A stretch of DNA of 63,825 bases, counting the filler, from Folioceros fuciformis (Eukaryota): the NCBI GenBank assembly GCA_049999805.1. It is 31 parts of 31 records of this genome, joined end to end, with 100 filler letters (N's around TTAATTAATTAA, not from the genome) between each part and the next. Parts side by side here need not be neighbours in the genome. Positions count along the whole stretch, not along the records: positions 49,946 to 51,349 come from JBNGIO010002447.1; positions 51,450 to 53,067 come from JBNGIO010002448.1; positions 53,168 to 54,481 come from JBNGIO010002449.1; positions 54,582 to 56,057 come from JBNGIO010002450.1; positions 56,158 to 57,324 come from JBNGIO010002451.1; positions 57,425 to 58,531 come from JBNGIO010002452.1; positions 58,632 to 59,998 come from JBNGIO010002453.1; positions 60,099 to 62,475 come from JBNGIO010002454.1; 23 more parts are not named here. One strand, 5' to 3'. The notes under the pieces were generated by a model, which had not been told where the DNA came from, ran no database searches, and was given only the letters and a program-made list of their open reading frames with translations. This document shows positions 49,846 through 62,575 of this stretch, one piece after another. The position numbers were made by a program, and so were the translations under genes. Position 1 is the first letter of the stretch. Each line of letters begins with the position of its first letter.

Positions 49846-50779
49846 NNNNNNNNNNNNNNNNNNNNNNNNNNNNNNNNNNNNNNNNNNNNTTAATTAATTA
49901 ANNNNNNNNNNNNNNNNNNNNNNNNNNNNNNNNNNNNNNNNNNNNAGGCTGAGCGTGATCTCTTAATTCTGGAGAATTATCGGCGCAACACAGGCCGTCA
50001 TAATCAGCATAATAGATCTCCTACAATTGGCACTGTTGTTCCGTGCTGTAACTGTGGGCATTTATTTAAGAAAGATCCTTACTCATCAAAGCTATTTTTG
50101 AAACGACCAATTTCTGCACTGCATCCACGCACTGAGCCAGCCAATACATCTGCAAGTGATGCATTGAATTCTGAATCAGCGGTACAAATTCTAGAAGGTA
50201 CCCTGAATGCAGTTGTCCAGCGACAAGAGACATTCTCTAAGCGTTTGGATTCTACATATTTTAAAATTCAGAAATTAATCTCTAAATTTTCATTTGAAAT
50301 TAGTTAATTTTCTAGACAATTTGAGATTTTGAACATTGCCCTTCGCTCCTCTTACGAGAAGCGATCAAATTGAACTGACATTTGCTACCCTTTTCTAGTG
50401 TAGGCACTTTGCATTTAGATGTCTGTTGATTTTCGTGGATTTTAGGCCCCTTTCTTTTGCTGATTCATTTTCATTGGCGGTTACTAACCGCTTCACCTGA
50501 ATCCAAACGTGCCCTAGAAACGAAGGCAATAGTTTAAGTTAGACTTTTTCTACTGAAACCCTAAAAAAATGTCTTTTCAGATCTAATTGTCCCTACTTGT
50601 TTTGTAGTGAATTCCCTAATGTATGTCTATGAGAGACCATCTTTTAAATTTTCCTCTGTCACCTTATCTCCGTCGTCGACGAGCATTTGTGCATCCTTCC
50701 AGTCCACCACCTAATCCGGCCCCTATTCCCCCGACACCTCCACCTCTTCCTCCTGTACAGCCACAATTTGTAGTCAGCA

Positions 50780-51349
50780 TGTCTTCCTCTACTCCATCCT
50801 TCACAACAGACCTCAGAGGCCTTGACAGGTTCAATGGAACTAAATTCGAAGTATGGAGAGTTTGAATGCTGACTACATTACGCGCAAGAGGCCTGTGGAC
50901 GGTTGTTGACGGCACATATGTGGAGCCTGTGCTTCCTGCTGTGGAACCACTACCACAATTGGAGGCACTCAAGTTACACAGGCTAGTGTAGACAAATGGA
51001 ACACAATGAACGAAATTGCTGTTGCCATCTTAATTACAGGCCTTGACGAAGTGCTGATTCCTGACGTGGAATACCTGACCAAGGCACATCAGATTTGGAG
51101 TCAGCTCAATAATACTTATGTTGTCTGGACTATGATGACTAAGTGCATAGTGAAACATGAATTCTATACCTTGAAAATGCAAGAGGGTGATAGTGTGGCT
51201 GCCCACACCAGCAAGTTTCGACAACTTCGATCCCATCTTGCCCAGTTGAACTCGACTATTTCAGAGGAGGATGCTGTGGCTCATCTTTTGCTCTCGCTCC
51301 CCCCATCATATCAGACTTTTGTATCTCTACAAAATGGTCCCTTGGCCAT
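50780..51349 (+). mobile_element. Ty1/Copia gag fragment (second family)
   Basis: Reads LDRFNGTKFEVW, LRARGLWTVVDG, LKMQEGDSVAAH and LLLSLPPSYQTF, with in-frame stops. Confidence 0.8.
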
Positions 51350-51449
51350 NNNNNNNNNNNNNNNNNNNNNNNNNNNNNNNNNNNNNNNNNNNNTTAATTA
51401 ATTAANNNNNNNNNNNNNNNNNNNNNNNNNNNNNNNNNNNNNNNNNNNN

Positions 51450-53067
51450 GGCTACCCGACTACTGGTAGTCCCATGGACTACCGGACTACCGGTAGCCCC
51501 CTCGACTACCGTTCCCTTGGTTCAGCTACCGGTAGCCCCGTCGGCTACCCGACTACTGGTAGTCCCATGGACTACCGGACTACCGGTAGCCCCCTCGACT
51601 ACCGTTCCCTTGGTTCAGTTACCGGTAGCCCCGTCGGTACTGGGGTCGTCATTTGACTCGGGCGCCCAGCCTTGCTCTTCCTCTTCACTCTCTCTCTGGC
51701 CTCATCCCGCTCCCGTTTGTATCTGTTCGCTAACTTCTGAGCCTGGTCCACAGCGGCTATCTCCATCTCCTGTGCCTTGGCCATTTCCTGTTGCAACTCC
51801 AGGTTAGTCTCGTGAGCCTCCCTCACCTGAGCTAGCAGGGCCTCCTGTTGCTCTTTCAGGGCCTACACTTCCGCCCTCGCCTCGCGCGCCTCTTCCTCGG
51901 CTTAAGCCTTCTCCCTGTCCAGAACCCGCTGCTTCCCCTCCAATAGTTGCCGCGCTGTCTCTGACTCCGCCAGTTGCCTTCTTACTTCAACCTCTCGCTC
52001 ACGAGCCTCCTCTTCCTTCACCTGAGCCTTGGTTTCTCGCTTGGCTTATACACTTAACCAGGTCAGGGCCCTAGCAGCCTGATCCAGGAGGTATGCTTGG
52101 GCTTGTACCATTGCAGCAGTCAATCCGGGTAAGTCCACCTCCTGCACCCCTCCAGTGCCCATTCCTCTCGCCGTGATTTGTCTGTCCAGGAGTTCTCGCA
52201 ACTTGTCCAGGTCCCCCACCTGCAACCTGTCTCTCTGAGGCCTGCACCTGAAAATGTCCTCCCAACATGAAAAACCCTCCTGTGCTGTAACGCGCCCTAA
52301 CTTATCCTCCTGTCTGTGTCGGCTGTCATCACCTGATCCCGTGGCTCCTCGGGTCTTATCTCACCCTGACCTTGTTCCTCCAACCTTCGGTCCTCGATTC
52401 CCTGGACAGCTGGTTCTTGTTCTTCCTCCTGCTGGCCTGTCTGCTCCAGGGCTGTCCCCCCTTCCTCCTGATCAGCCCCCATGCTCACACCTGGTCCTCT
52501 GATCCTTTTCCTCCTGGTGGGAACCTTCTTCTGTGGGGCCATCCTCTTCCTGGGCTTGGCTGGGGTTTCCTCTTGCGAGCTATCCCCACTGTCAGCTTCC
52601 CAACTGCTAGAGGCAGCCCTTACTGGCTCAGCGGGCTTCCACTTCACATCACGAAGTGGCTTCCACAGGTGCAGCGAGGCCAGCCTTTCTAGCTTAGTGA
52701 CCACGTTAGCGTAACTGTACACGTGGATTACAAACGGGGAAATCATAGAAGGTTCAGGGGTGGGTCGGATCAGGTTCTGCCTCTCCTCATCCATCCGGGT
52801 GTATAAAATCCTTCCTCAGTCGATCTTGGTGCCCTTCACTACTTCATGAACAAACAGGAGCATCTGATCGGACAGATAATCCTGTTTGCGTACCCGGAAG
52901 AAGCTCAGGACCCACCTGGCCAATCCCAACAGTTGGGGACTTGCCATGTCGTGCCCCAGCCACCCGTTCGCTTCCTTTCTCGTGCCTGCCTTGAGCAGTG
53001 TTTCCGCCGCTCCTGTTCCGCCACACCTCTTTAGGGACTCCAGCACCAGCCCCCCTTCCTCCTGTTG
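51450..53067 (-). mobile_element. ORF-X family, central part
   Basis: Closely matches 26064-26810. Includes the coiled-coil segment and a 93-bp tandem duplication at 51450-51635. Confidence 0.85.
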
Positions 53068-53167
53068 NNNNNNNNNNNNNNNNNNNNNNNNNNNNNNNNN
53101 NNNNNNNNNNNTTAATTAATTAANNNNNNNNNNNNNNNNNNNNNNNNNNNNNNNNNNNNNNNNNNNN

Positions 53168-54481
53168 CCCGCACCCCAGGTTGCTACGTGCGCTCGCTTG
53201 CCTGGACCTCTTGTCCAGCAACGCCTATCGCTAGGTCCCTGCAAGGTCGACTCTTCGGCTGGTTCTTGCTGATTTCTTAGGCCTTCAAACCGGCCTCTTG
53301 TACACGGTGATGGTGGCTTTTTCCGCCATAAAGTCTATCAAGCAGGGGAGCTGCGCTCTTAAATTCTGAGCAACTTAGGTCCAAATAAAGCACGCTAAAA
53401 AAAATCCTATTCTAGCCTGCATTTACTATCGCCCTTTCCCACGCCGCTAGCGGCTTCCTCCTGGCCTTCGCGCGTCACCCCTTGCTGCTCCTCCTCTCGC
53501 TCTTCTGCCCCTTCGTTGGTCTGGTAGATCCTCCCAGAGGATCTCCACATCACTGCTGCTACTGCTGGACCTGGCTAGCGGCGTAGGTGGGTCCCGCCGC
53601 TGTGGTCCACCACTCCTCCTCCTTCTCTGGTTGCTGAGGACAGCCACAGGCCCCCATTCTACCCAGCGCTGGGCCTCCTCTTCCATCAGTTCCTCCAGAA
53701 CTGCCTCCGCATAGCAGTGGCGCAGTCCTGTCACCCACCAGCTGTAGTGGTTGAGTCCCAGGCGCGTCCTCCGTAGCCCCGCGTCCCTCCTGTGCCCATA
53801 CATACATACAGAAACAGCTTCAGAACCCTGGCCCCTTCTACATACAGGCCTGGCACATAGGAGGCCTCCTCCTCATACTATAGCACAATCCGACCTTCTG
53901 TCATAACAGAGGTGCTTACCCCGTCCTCCCTTGGGCTACCTCGGGTTGCCTGCTCCCCCTCCTGCTAGGGTACCTGAAGGTTGTCTACCTGCCCAACTGT
54001 TGCCTCCTCCGGCTCTGTCCTCCTGGTATGAGTCACCCTCCTGGAGCGCCTAGGGGCAGGTGCCCCTACTGCTTCCTCCTTCGTTTCCAGGGTTGATTCT
54101 TAGCTATCCTGGGCCTTGCTGGGCCACCGGTAGTCTCGTGGACTATCGAGCTATCGGTAGTCCCGTGGACTACCAAACTACCGGTAGTCCCCTCGACTAC
54201 CGTTCCCCTGGTTCGGCTATCGGTAGCCCCTTCTGCTACCGGGGTCGCCGACTGACTCGGACGCCCAGCCTTGCCCTTCCCCTTCACTCTCTCTCTGGCC
54301 TCATCCCGCTCCCGCTTGTATCTGTCAGCCAACTTTTGAGCCTGCTCCACAGCGGCTATCTCCATCTCCTGTGCCTTGGCCATTTCCTGTTGCATCTCCA
54401 GGTTAGTCTCGTGAGCCTCCCTCACCTGAGCTAACAGGGTCCCCTGTTGCTCTTTCAGCGCCTACACTTCAGCCCTCGCCT
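53168..54481 (-). mobile_element. ORF-X family, coiled-coil to C-terminus
   Basis: Contains REAHETNLEMQQEMAKAQEME, the repeat block and the C-terminal domain. Confidence 0.85.
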
Positions 54482-54944
54482 NNNNNNNNNNNNNNNNNNN
54501 NNNNNNNNNNNNNNNNNNNNNNNNNTTAATTAATTAANNNNNNNNNNNNNNNNNNNNNNNNNNNNNNNNNNNNNNNNNNNNACACAACAAAAATCCAAAT
54601 GGCACAAGAATAGCACAACATACGCACAGAGTCCATGCTAAGAAGTGGTGGCAAGTCTTGCAAGCCCGCAACTCGTGAACCCCAAGGACGTGTGCGAAGG
54701 CAATGTTTGTTAAGTGCTACGTTTGTGGCATTGCTATTCAAGTATTTAGCGTAAGGGCAGATGTAGATCGAATGCATGCTAGATCTGCATTTGTAGGCAA
54801 TTTGATGAAATGGAAACCCGCAAAGGAGGTGGTGAGAGGATCGCTTGTGGTGGAGGAATCTACCACAAGGTGAAAAAAGAAAACCGGAGGTCGCACCAGG
54901 CAAATGTGGAGCGATCGCCTTGCCCGCGTGGCACTTGCTAACAA

Positions 54945-55600
54945 TGACCATGTCCGCCCTACGACAGCAATGACTCCTTTTTGCCCCCTAGTCCAGCCTG
55001 CGGTGGCCATGACTCCCTTTTTTCTCCACGACTTTGCCATGCAATGGCCATGACCCTTTTTTTTTTCCATGTGTCCGCCTCGTGGCAGCCATGACTCCGC
55101 CTACGGTAGCCATGCCTCCTTTTTTCTACCCTTGTCCATCTTACGGGGGCAACTACCCCTTTGTTGTTGCGCCAGTTGGCCCTACGGCAGCCGTTACTCC
55201 CTTTTGTTTTTCCTAACTCTTGCCATCGGCAGCCATGACTCCTTTCTTTCCTCGACTCTGCCTTGCAAAAACCATGACCCCGTTTTTTTCCCCAACTTTG
55301 CCTAGTGGCTATTATCACTTTATTTTTTTCCCTCTAGTCGGCCTAGCTGTGGCCATGACTCCTTCATTTGCACTAGTCCGCCTTGAGGTGGCTATGACTC
55401 CTTTGTTTTCCATGACTCCACCTAGCGACGGCCATGACCCCTTCCTTTTCCCTAACTTTTCTCAGCGATGACCATGACTCATTATTTTGCCCTTGTCCAT
55501 CCTGCATCAGCCATGACTCATTATTTTGCCCTTGTCCGTCCAGCATCGGCCATGACTCGTTATTTTGCCCTTGTCCTAAGCTGTGGCCAGGACTCTCCCA
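54945..55600. repeat. Degenerate minisatellite (ccatgactcc core plus T-run, ~35-40 bp period)
   Basis: Recurrent gccatgactc/ccatgaccc followed by T tracts, with three near-exact units at ~55470-55577. Confidence 0.75.
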
Positions 55601-56157
55601 TGCTCATCATCATGCTATAAACATTTACCAATGCCATTTGAAGAGCATTGGATAGCCATTATCGAAAGGTGACAATAATGTGAGGGAGAGGAGGACCAAC
55701 TCCATTTTTCTTGTTTTGCTATGCTTTGGCTTATGTCTTCAACAATGTCCCACCTACATAGGGGTGTACTTGTGAATCTTGGTTTACATGCACCCCTCCA
55801 CCACCCAACCTAGAGGGTTGAGGGAAAAAAACTCTCCCACAAGACATCGAGCTAGGTGTGTGTGGAGGCAAAACCCCGTGCACTGATTGCCAACGGGTTC
55901 CACCTTTAGTGGCCACATGTGAACCTCGTTTGGGGTAGTAGTTTGTTTTGGTTGAAAAAGGGTTAATAGTGGTATGGTTTGGTTTTCTTTTTCTACTTAT
56001 TTTCCCTAATTTTCCTTTATTTTCTGGTCATTTTTCCTATTTTTCTTTGTGCTAATTNNNNNNNNNNNNNNNNNNNNNNNNNNNNNNNNNNNNNNNNNNN
56101 NTTAATTAATTAANNNNNNNNNNNNNNNNNNNNNNNNNNNNNNNNNNNNNNNNNNNN

Positions 56158-57324
56158 CATAAAGAATCATGAAGCTAATTCTAAAGGGAGTAAGGATACA
56201 TTTTATCCCAAGGTTGAGGAGGCTTTGTTTTCATGGTTTGTGACTATGGAAGGAAATGTCACTATCTCTCACGATATGTTGTGTGAAATGGAAAAACAGT
56301 TCTTTGATAGAATACCATAAGCAGAAAGGTTGGAAAAAGCACGAACATATTTTTATGGTTGGGTGGCAAAGTTTAAATATCGACATGGCATCAAAGATTT
56401 TATGAAGCATGGAGAAGCTGCAAGTGCTGACACATCGTAGGTGATCCAAGATAGAATGGAAGACGCTAAAAGAGGTTGAGTGGGAAGAAAACTCCAAAGG
56501 AAAGGCTAAATGTTGCTTTGACAGCCAATACGGATAGTAGTTATAAATTACCACCCTTTGTGATCAACAATTTCTTGAGGCCTAGAGTTTTTACTAGTCG
56601 CAATAGTGGAGGAGTGGAGAATTTGGTTATTCATTAGTCATCAAACTCAAATGCTTGGATGTCGGTACCTTTATTTGAGCAATTTATTCTTTTTTTTAAT
56701 GCGAACCTGAGAGTTAGGGGCCATACTAATGTCTTGCTTCTTTTGGATAATGCTCATGTTCATAAACTATCAGCTGAGACACAAAGTAGGCTTCAAATTA
56801 CAAGGGTTGAATCTTTTCCTGCTAATATTACGATTCATTACTAACCTATGGATGCATGCATTGTACAATCTTTTAAGGCCAAATTATAGGAATAGGCTTG
56901 TTCAGCATCAAATCGAAGAGATTCAAAATGATAATACTCCTCTTATTGATGTATATCATGCTGTGACTATGCTGGAAAAAGCTTGATGTATCAATGTTAA
57001 AGGGAAAATCATTCAAAATTGTTGGAAACACTCCAAGTTATGGCAGGAGAGAGCAAGTGCTAGCGTGTTGGATATAGACTTGAATCAACTTAGTTTTGAG
57101 ACATGGAATGCTAACAGTGATGAGCAACAGCAAGACAACCAAGCAACACGTGAAGATTTGTTTAATAGAGATTACGTAGACATAGAAATGCTTCTTTGTC
57201 AGCTAAGGGATTTGGGACTTGAAACAACAGGATTGACCTCTACTATGTCTACACAAGAATTTGTTGATTATGAGGTGATAAATGCATGTACTATCTTTTC
57301 TACTTTGGATGCAAATGATATATG
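56158..57324 (+). pseudogene. pogo/Tigger (CENP-B-like, DDE_1) transposase remnant
   Basis: Fragments read VEEALFSWF, HGEAASAD, LLLLDNAHVH, FPANIT...PMDACIVQSFK and IQNCWKH, with frameshifts and stops. Confidence 0.82.
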
Positions 57325-57470
57325 NNNNNNNNNNNNNNNNNNNNNNNNNNNNNNNNNNNNNNNNNNNNTTAATTAATTAANNNNNNNNNNNNNNNNNNNN
57401 NNNNNNNNNNNNNNNNNNNNNNNNTTTTTCAACCAAAACAAACTGCTACCCCAAACTTTGGAGGTTCACA

Positions 57471-58531
57471 AGGGGTTCAGAGGGAAGACTATGGCTGGCC
57501 TCCGGAGAGGGAATGGGAGTCTGTGTCCTAGAATGGGTGACTAAGGGTTGGCTGGTTGCTAGCACAGACTCAGCTGGTGTCGGCAATGAGGGAAGTTCAA
57601 CACGGCGGTGGATCACTGGTTTCAATAGGGACACATGGAATGTTCAGCAGAGGCGCCAGTCGACGGGCAGTTCAAGCTGGTACGTGACCTTGTTGATGCG
57701 TTTCAACACCCAGAAAGGACCTGCAAAGCGGTAGGTGAGTTTGTTGCGTTGCTGAATCATGTGAGGATACCTGTGGGGCTTGACTCGGAGCCAAACAAAC
57801 TGGCCAACGGAGTAGTTGACGTCGCGTTGGTGACGGTTTGCTGTGATGCAAGTCCGGTCTTGTGCTGCTTGGAGTTTTGCTGAGCCATCTTGGCCTCGTG
57901 CCAAATGTCCTCGGCGATTTCAACAGCACTTCACCACTTGTCTTGACTATTGGGCCATAAGCCTGAAGGTGGGGGTGTCTCACCATACAGGTGTTTGAAG
58001 GGAGTAACCCCTGTGGCTGTGTGCTTCAAGGAATTGTATGCATACTCCAATAAGGGAAGGAGTTCCTCCCACTTCGTCTGCTTCTCGTGTGTGACGAAGC
58101 ATGTCTTCTAACACCTGATTCTGCTTCTCTGTCTGGCCGTCCGTCTCTGGGTGATAGGCTAAAGACATGTTCTGTTTGATGCCTAGTGTGTCCATGAAGT
58201 TCCGCCAAAACCCAAAGGTGAATTTCGCGTCCTTGTCCGACACAATGTCCTCTGGTGTTTCGTGTAATCGGAAGATTTCACAAACAAAAAGGGTGGCCAG
58301 CTTGGGGGCAGTGATAGTCGAGGTGACTGGAATGAAGTGGCAGACCTTGGAAAACCTATCTGTCACCACCCAGATGCTGTCCTTACCAGAGCAGGTACGA
58401 GGTAGGTGTGTAATGAAGTCCATGGCTGTTGATCGGAAACGGCCACTGGGGATTTGGAGGGGTTGGAGTAGACCTGGGTATTTCTGATGGCTAGGTTTGG
58501 CTTGTTGGTAGGATTGACAGGAGCGCACCTA
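57471..58531 (-). mobile_element. Ty3/Gypsy integrase fragment
   Basis: Reads PGLLQPLQIP, MDFITHLP, IVSDKD.KF, AYHPETDGQTE and RFAGPF..YQLELP. An LTR terminus is inserted at 57470. Confidence 0.9.
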
Positions 58532-58631
58532 NNNNNNNNNNNNNNNNNNNNNNNNNNNNNNNNNNNNNNNNNNNNTTAATTAATTAANNNNNNNNNNNNN
58601 NNNNNNNNNNNNNNNNNNNNNNNNNNNNNNN

Positions 58632-59998
58632 GCACAACCCACAACTTATCTTCTTCATCCTGTCCTTCCAAGGAAGTTGTTATGTTTACTACACATGCAT
58701 CTTGCCCATCCACCTTGCAACTGCAACTTGAGTGGGATTGTTGCCAAGCTCATTCCCGCCCTTGTTGCCAACTCGGACGACAATAAAATTCTTCTGTCCA
58801 TAAATCCACACCTCCTCTTGGCAAAAACAAAGCTTCCATTCCTAGAATGACATCAAAATTTCCAAATTTGATAATCAAGCACTTCATTTTTATGGTGATC
58901 TCCTCCTCAGTTCCGGGCCTAAAGTACAATTGCACCTTTTCCCTTGTTTCTCCCATCATTGCTTCCAAACCCCCTATTAGCCATTCTAAATTCCCACTTG
59001 GTCTCCTGTATATCCCCTCTCATCAACCTCATCCCGTATGCCGTGCCACAATGTATCAAAGTGGGCTAGGCTCCTGAATCAATCAATACTTTGGTGGTGT
59101 AAAGCCATCTATCAAGTCCTGTTGACTATTGTCTAGAAATGCAATTCTTAGCTTAACTTTCACTCTTTGTTCAAAACTTCTTTTATTATTGTCCACACAT
59201 ACTGCTACAACTTTTCTTAGCCCAACCATATGTTTAAGTTGAAAAGCAGCTACTTCTTGTCAAAGTTCCTGAGTTTTTGCTTCAACTATTTCTGCTTTAA
59301 CACACAAACTCCAACAAATTTCTGATACAAGACATCAGATCCCGCTACATAGCCTTTACCTTTTTACCTCCCTATTGATCCAGCACGCTTGTAGCCTTCT
59401 CCTTTACCCTCACGCTAAAGTTGTTCAGATCCACGTCCATAACTTCAAATGACTAAGGGTACTTCCATCTTAAGGCATCTTCTCTTTCTTCTTTTCCACA
59501 ATTTGAACCTCTTTGATCTTAACTCTATTACTCTAAATATTGGCAGCCTTCAATATGCCTATTTCAACTTTTAGATCTGATATGTGCAGTTCTAACATCA
59601 TGTGAGACTTTTTATACAACTATCCTTCGACTCTTCACTTATTCCCACCAACAGACTTTCTCTAGCTCTTTGCACTTGTCTAACATTTTTAATGTTATGT
59701 CCTTTCTGACCAAATTTAGTAGGTCTAAGAGACAGATGTTTCTGCTAACAAACACCTTCTTAATGCCCTTTCTTTCCACAATGATTACAACTTACATCTT
59801 TTAACCATGCACTCTATCATCACATGTGTACTGCTTCCACATCTCAAACATTTGATCTCTTTGCTTAATCTATATCTATTATCCACTCGTCTGGCATTCG
59901 CATGCTATTGCCAACCTGGTCTCCATCTTGGTGTTACTGCAGAAATAAACATTCTTTTTATCTACCCCAACTTTTCTACCCATAGCCTTCAACAATGC
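58632..59998 (-). mobile_element. Highly degenerate Gypsy gag-protease region
   Basis: TKVLIDSGA at ~59070-59096 and FDVILGMEAL. Confidence 0.55.
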
Positions 59999-60098
59999 NN
60001 NNNNNNNNNNNNNNNNNNNNNNNNNNNNNNNNNNNNNNNNNNTTAATTAATTAANNNNNNNNNNNNNNNNNNNNNNNNNNNNNNNNNNNNNNNNNNNN

Positions 60099-61750
60099 CA
60101 GTGGGTACATCCCACCGTCGCGAACTGCTGAGGCTTACAACACGTCAACTAAGAGCTTCGAATTTGCGGAGGAGCTGGGATCGAGGCGGACGAAGGAGGG
60201 AGCGGACGACACGTCGATTCTGTTCGCTCAGCGCGTCTTCGGGAGGTAATTGGTGTGTAAGAAACAAGCAGAAACCCACTACTCCAGCAGGTTTTCACGA
60301 CTCCGTGAGCAACGTTTTGCAGAGTTCCGACGACTCCGGTGGCCATGGCGTTAGACTACTTCAACTACGACTACGAGTACGCAGGTTTTGATCCGATGAA
60401 AAGGGTTGCCTCCTCCTTGCTGATGGTCGCATTTTTTTGCTCCCGTTTGAGAACCTCGTTGCAAGCATTGTAGAGCCTCCCAGGACAACGAGTCTGGAAA
60501 ACACCCAGCCGTTGCCTACTTTCGTCAACTACGGCTATGACATATATTTTGTGGCGGATAAGCGAGGTTACGTGGCTGTTGTTCAACACTTAGCACTCAG
60601 CTATCTTGAGCATGACGGGGAGGAGATTCATGATTCTCGCTTGAAGCTCAACAAGGCAAGCCATCACTGTTGTGTCTTGAAGAACCGCTTACTGAATGCG
60701 TGACCAGGCGATTTTGCGGTCCTGAACACAATGCTACAATGTTACATCACTTCCAGGTGGTAAAGCAGATCGAGCACTCCTCCAAAGGAGTGAACATAGT
60801 GACGCGCGATGGGACCAGGTACAATGCTAAGGCCGTCATCCTCACAGTCAGTCTCGGGGTGCTGCAAAGTGGTGACATCCAGTTCCAGCCTCCCTTGCCG
60901 GTACAGCCTCCCTTCGATCACTCCTGATGTTAGCTGCATCTGCCGGTGACGATGTCAACGTAAGTTGTGGTACTTCTGCAGGATTGGAAGCTGGACGCAC
61001 TGTGGCAGTATGATATGGCGATCTACACCAAAATCTTTCTCAAGTTTGCCTACAGATTCTGGGATCGGTCACAAGAATTCTTCCTGTACGCTGATAGGAG
61101 AAGGGGGTATTATCCAATATGGCAGGTAGCAACCGATGAATATGTGTGTTGTTCGTTGTGACTCAGGCAGGTTCTTTGATTCTCTACTAACTCTGCCTTC
61201 ACAGTCTCTGGAAAATGAGTATCCAGGTTCCAACATACTGTTCGTGACGGTCACAGATGATGAATCCAGACGGATAGAGCAGCAGGATGACAGCCTGACG
61301 TTGGCAGAAATTACGGTTGTGCTCAGAACCATGTTTGGGGAAACCGCGCCTCAGGCTCGAGACATCTTTGTTTCAAGGTGGTGGACAAATGAGTATTTTC
61401 GGGGATCCTACTCCAACTGGCCCATCGGGTTGAGTCAAAAAGATTTCGCGCTCCTGCAGGTATCGCGCACCTCATTAGGTTTGTCAACCCGCAATTTTAT
61501 ATGCTGGTGCAACGAGGGCTGATGTCACGAATTGTTGCATGTAGACTCCAGTCAACGCCGTTCACTTTAGCGGAGAGTACGTGTCTGAAATATACAATGG
61601 ATACGTGCATGGTGCATACTTAGCAGGTAAGTCCGAATGCTTGTTTCGGTGCATCTACGTCAGCACCACGTGACGAGGCTGGTTCCGTGCACAGGTACAG
61701 AGACTGCGGAAGCTGTAGCGAAGGATCTCATGACGCATTCAAAAAGATAG
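60099..61750 (+). CDS. PAO: Polyamine oxidase (FAD amine oxidase), 5'-truncated
   Basis: Approximate exons are <60245, 60290-60655, 60757-60900, 60982-61124, 61205-61459, 61545-61626 and 61695-61750. Motifs include VSLGVLQS, YTKIFLKF, RRGYYPIWQ, GSYSNWP and GYVHGAYLAG; the stop TAG is at 61748-61750. Confidence 0.9.
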
Positions 61751-62575
61751 TGGCCTTCATCGTGAAAAATTAAGTTTCAGAATAACCTGGGGACCCGTAT
61801 TCCATGACGAATCATGGAATCATTCGATGTTGTCGCGGCCCCTTCTCCCTTCCAGAGTTCCAGATTCTGGGTTGGAATGCTGGCTTCGAGATGTTCGCAC
61901 ACGCTTATCAGGTTTCATGAACAGTTGGAACTCGAATCTGACGAACAGTGGCCAGGATGTCGAAGCATTTGGACAAATCGTGCCCCAGACGAGGCAGATC
62001 CTGACGGCCCGACGAGTACGGGACCCCACAGGACTCGAGCGTCTGCATGACTGATCAGTTGCCGCTTCTTCACCTCCTCCATCTCTGCTCGGTCTCTGCA
62101 TTTCTTAGCCCGTACTTGACAGCTAAGGACCTCGACTGGCAGTCTCATTGCAATCGACCCTCTCTAGATGAGACCTCCTAAATGTTAAATGTTAGAGGTT
62201 TGGGTAATCCTAGTTGAGGAGTAAGGTTAAGTATTATTTTTTTATAAATATTATATATTATTTTATAAAAATAAACACTCCAAATCATTAGTTTAATTTT
62301 ATAAATATTATTTTAATTTATAATATAAAAATTATATATATTATTTTTAAAATAGTATGGATAATATAGATATCTAACTTATCCAATCACAATGCTATAA
62401 AAAAACTTGGCGTTCTTAAAGAGAAAATCATTAAAAATTGTTGGAAACATTCTGGGTTACGGGTTATGGTAATAGNNNNNNNNNNNNNNNNNNNNNNNNN
62501 NNNNNNNNNNNNNNNNNNNTTAATTAATTAANNNNNNNNNNNNNNNNNNNNNNNNNNNNNNNNNNNNNNNNNNNN

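Noticed and set aside
14371-62575. Regularly recurring TTAATTAATTAA as a CRISPR-like or satellite repeat
   Set aside because: It is always embedded in N44...N44 and is a six-frame-stop assembly linker. ORFs ending in X..LIN are artefacts.
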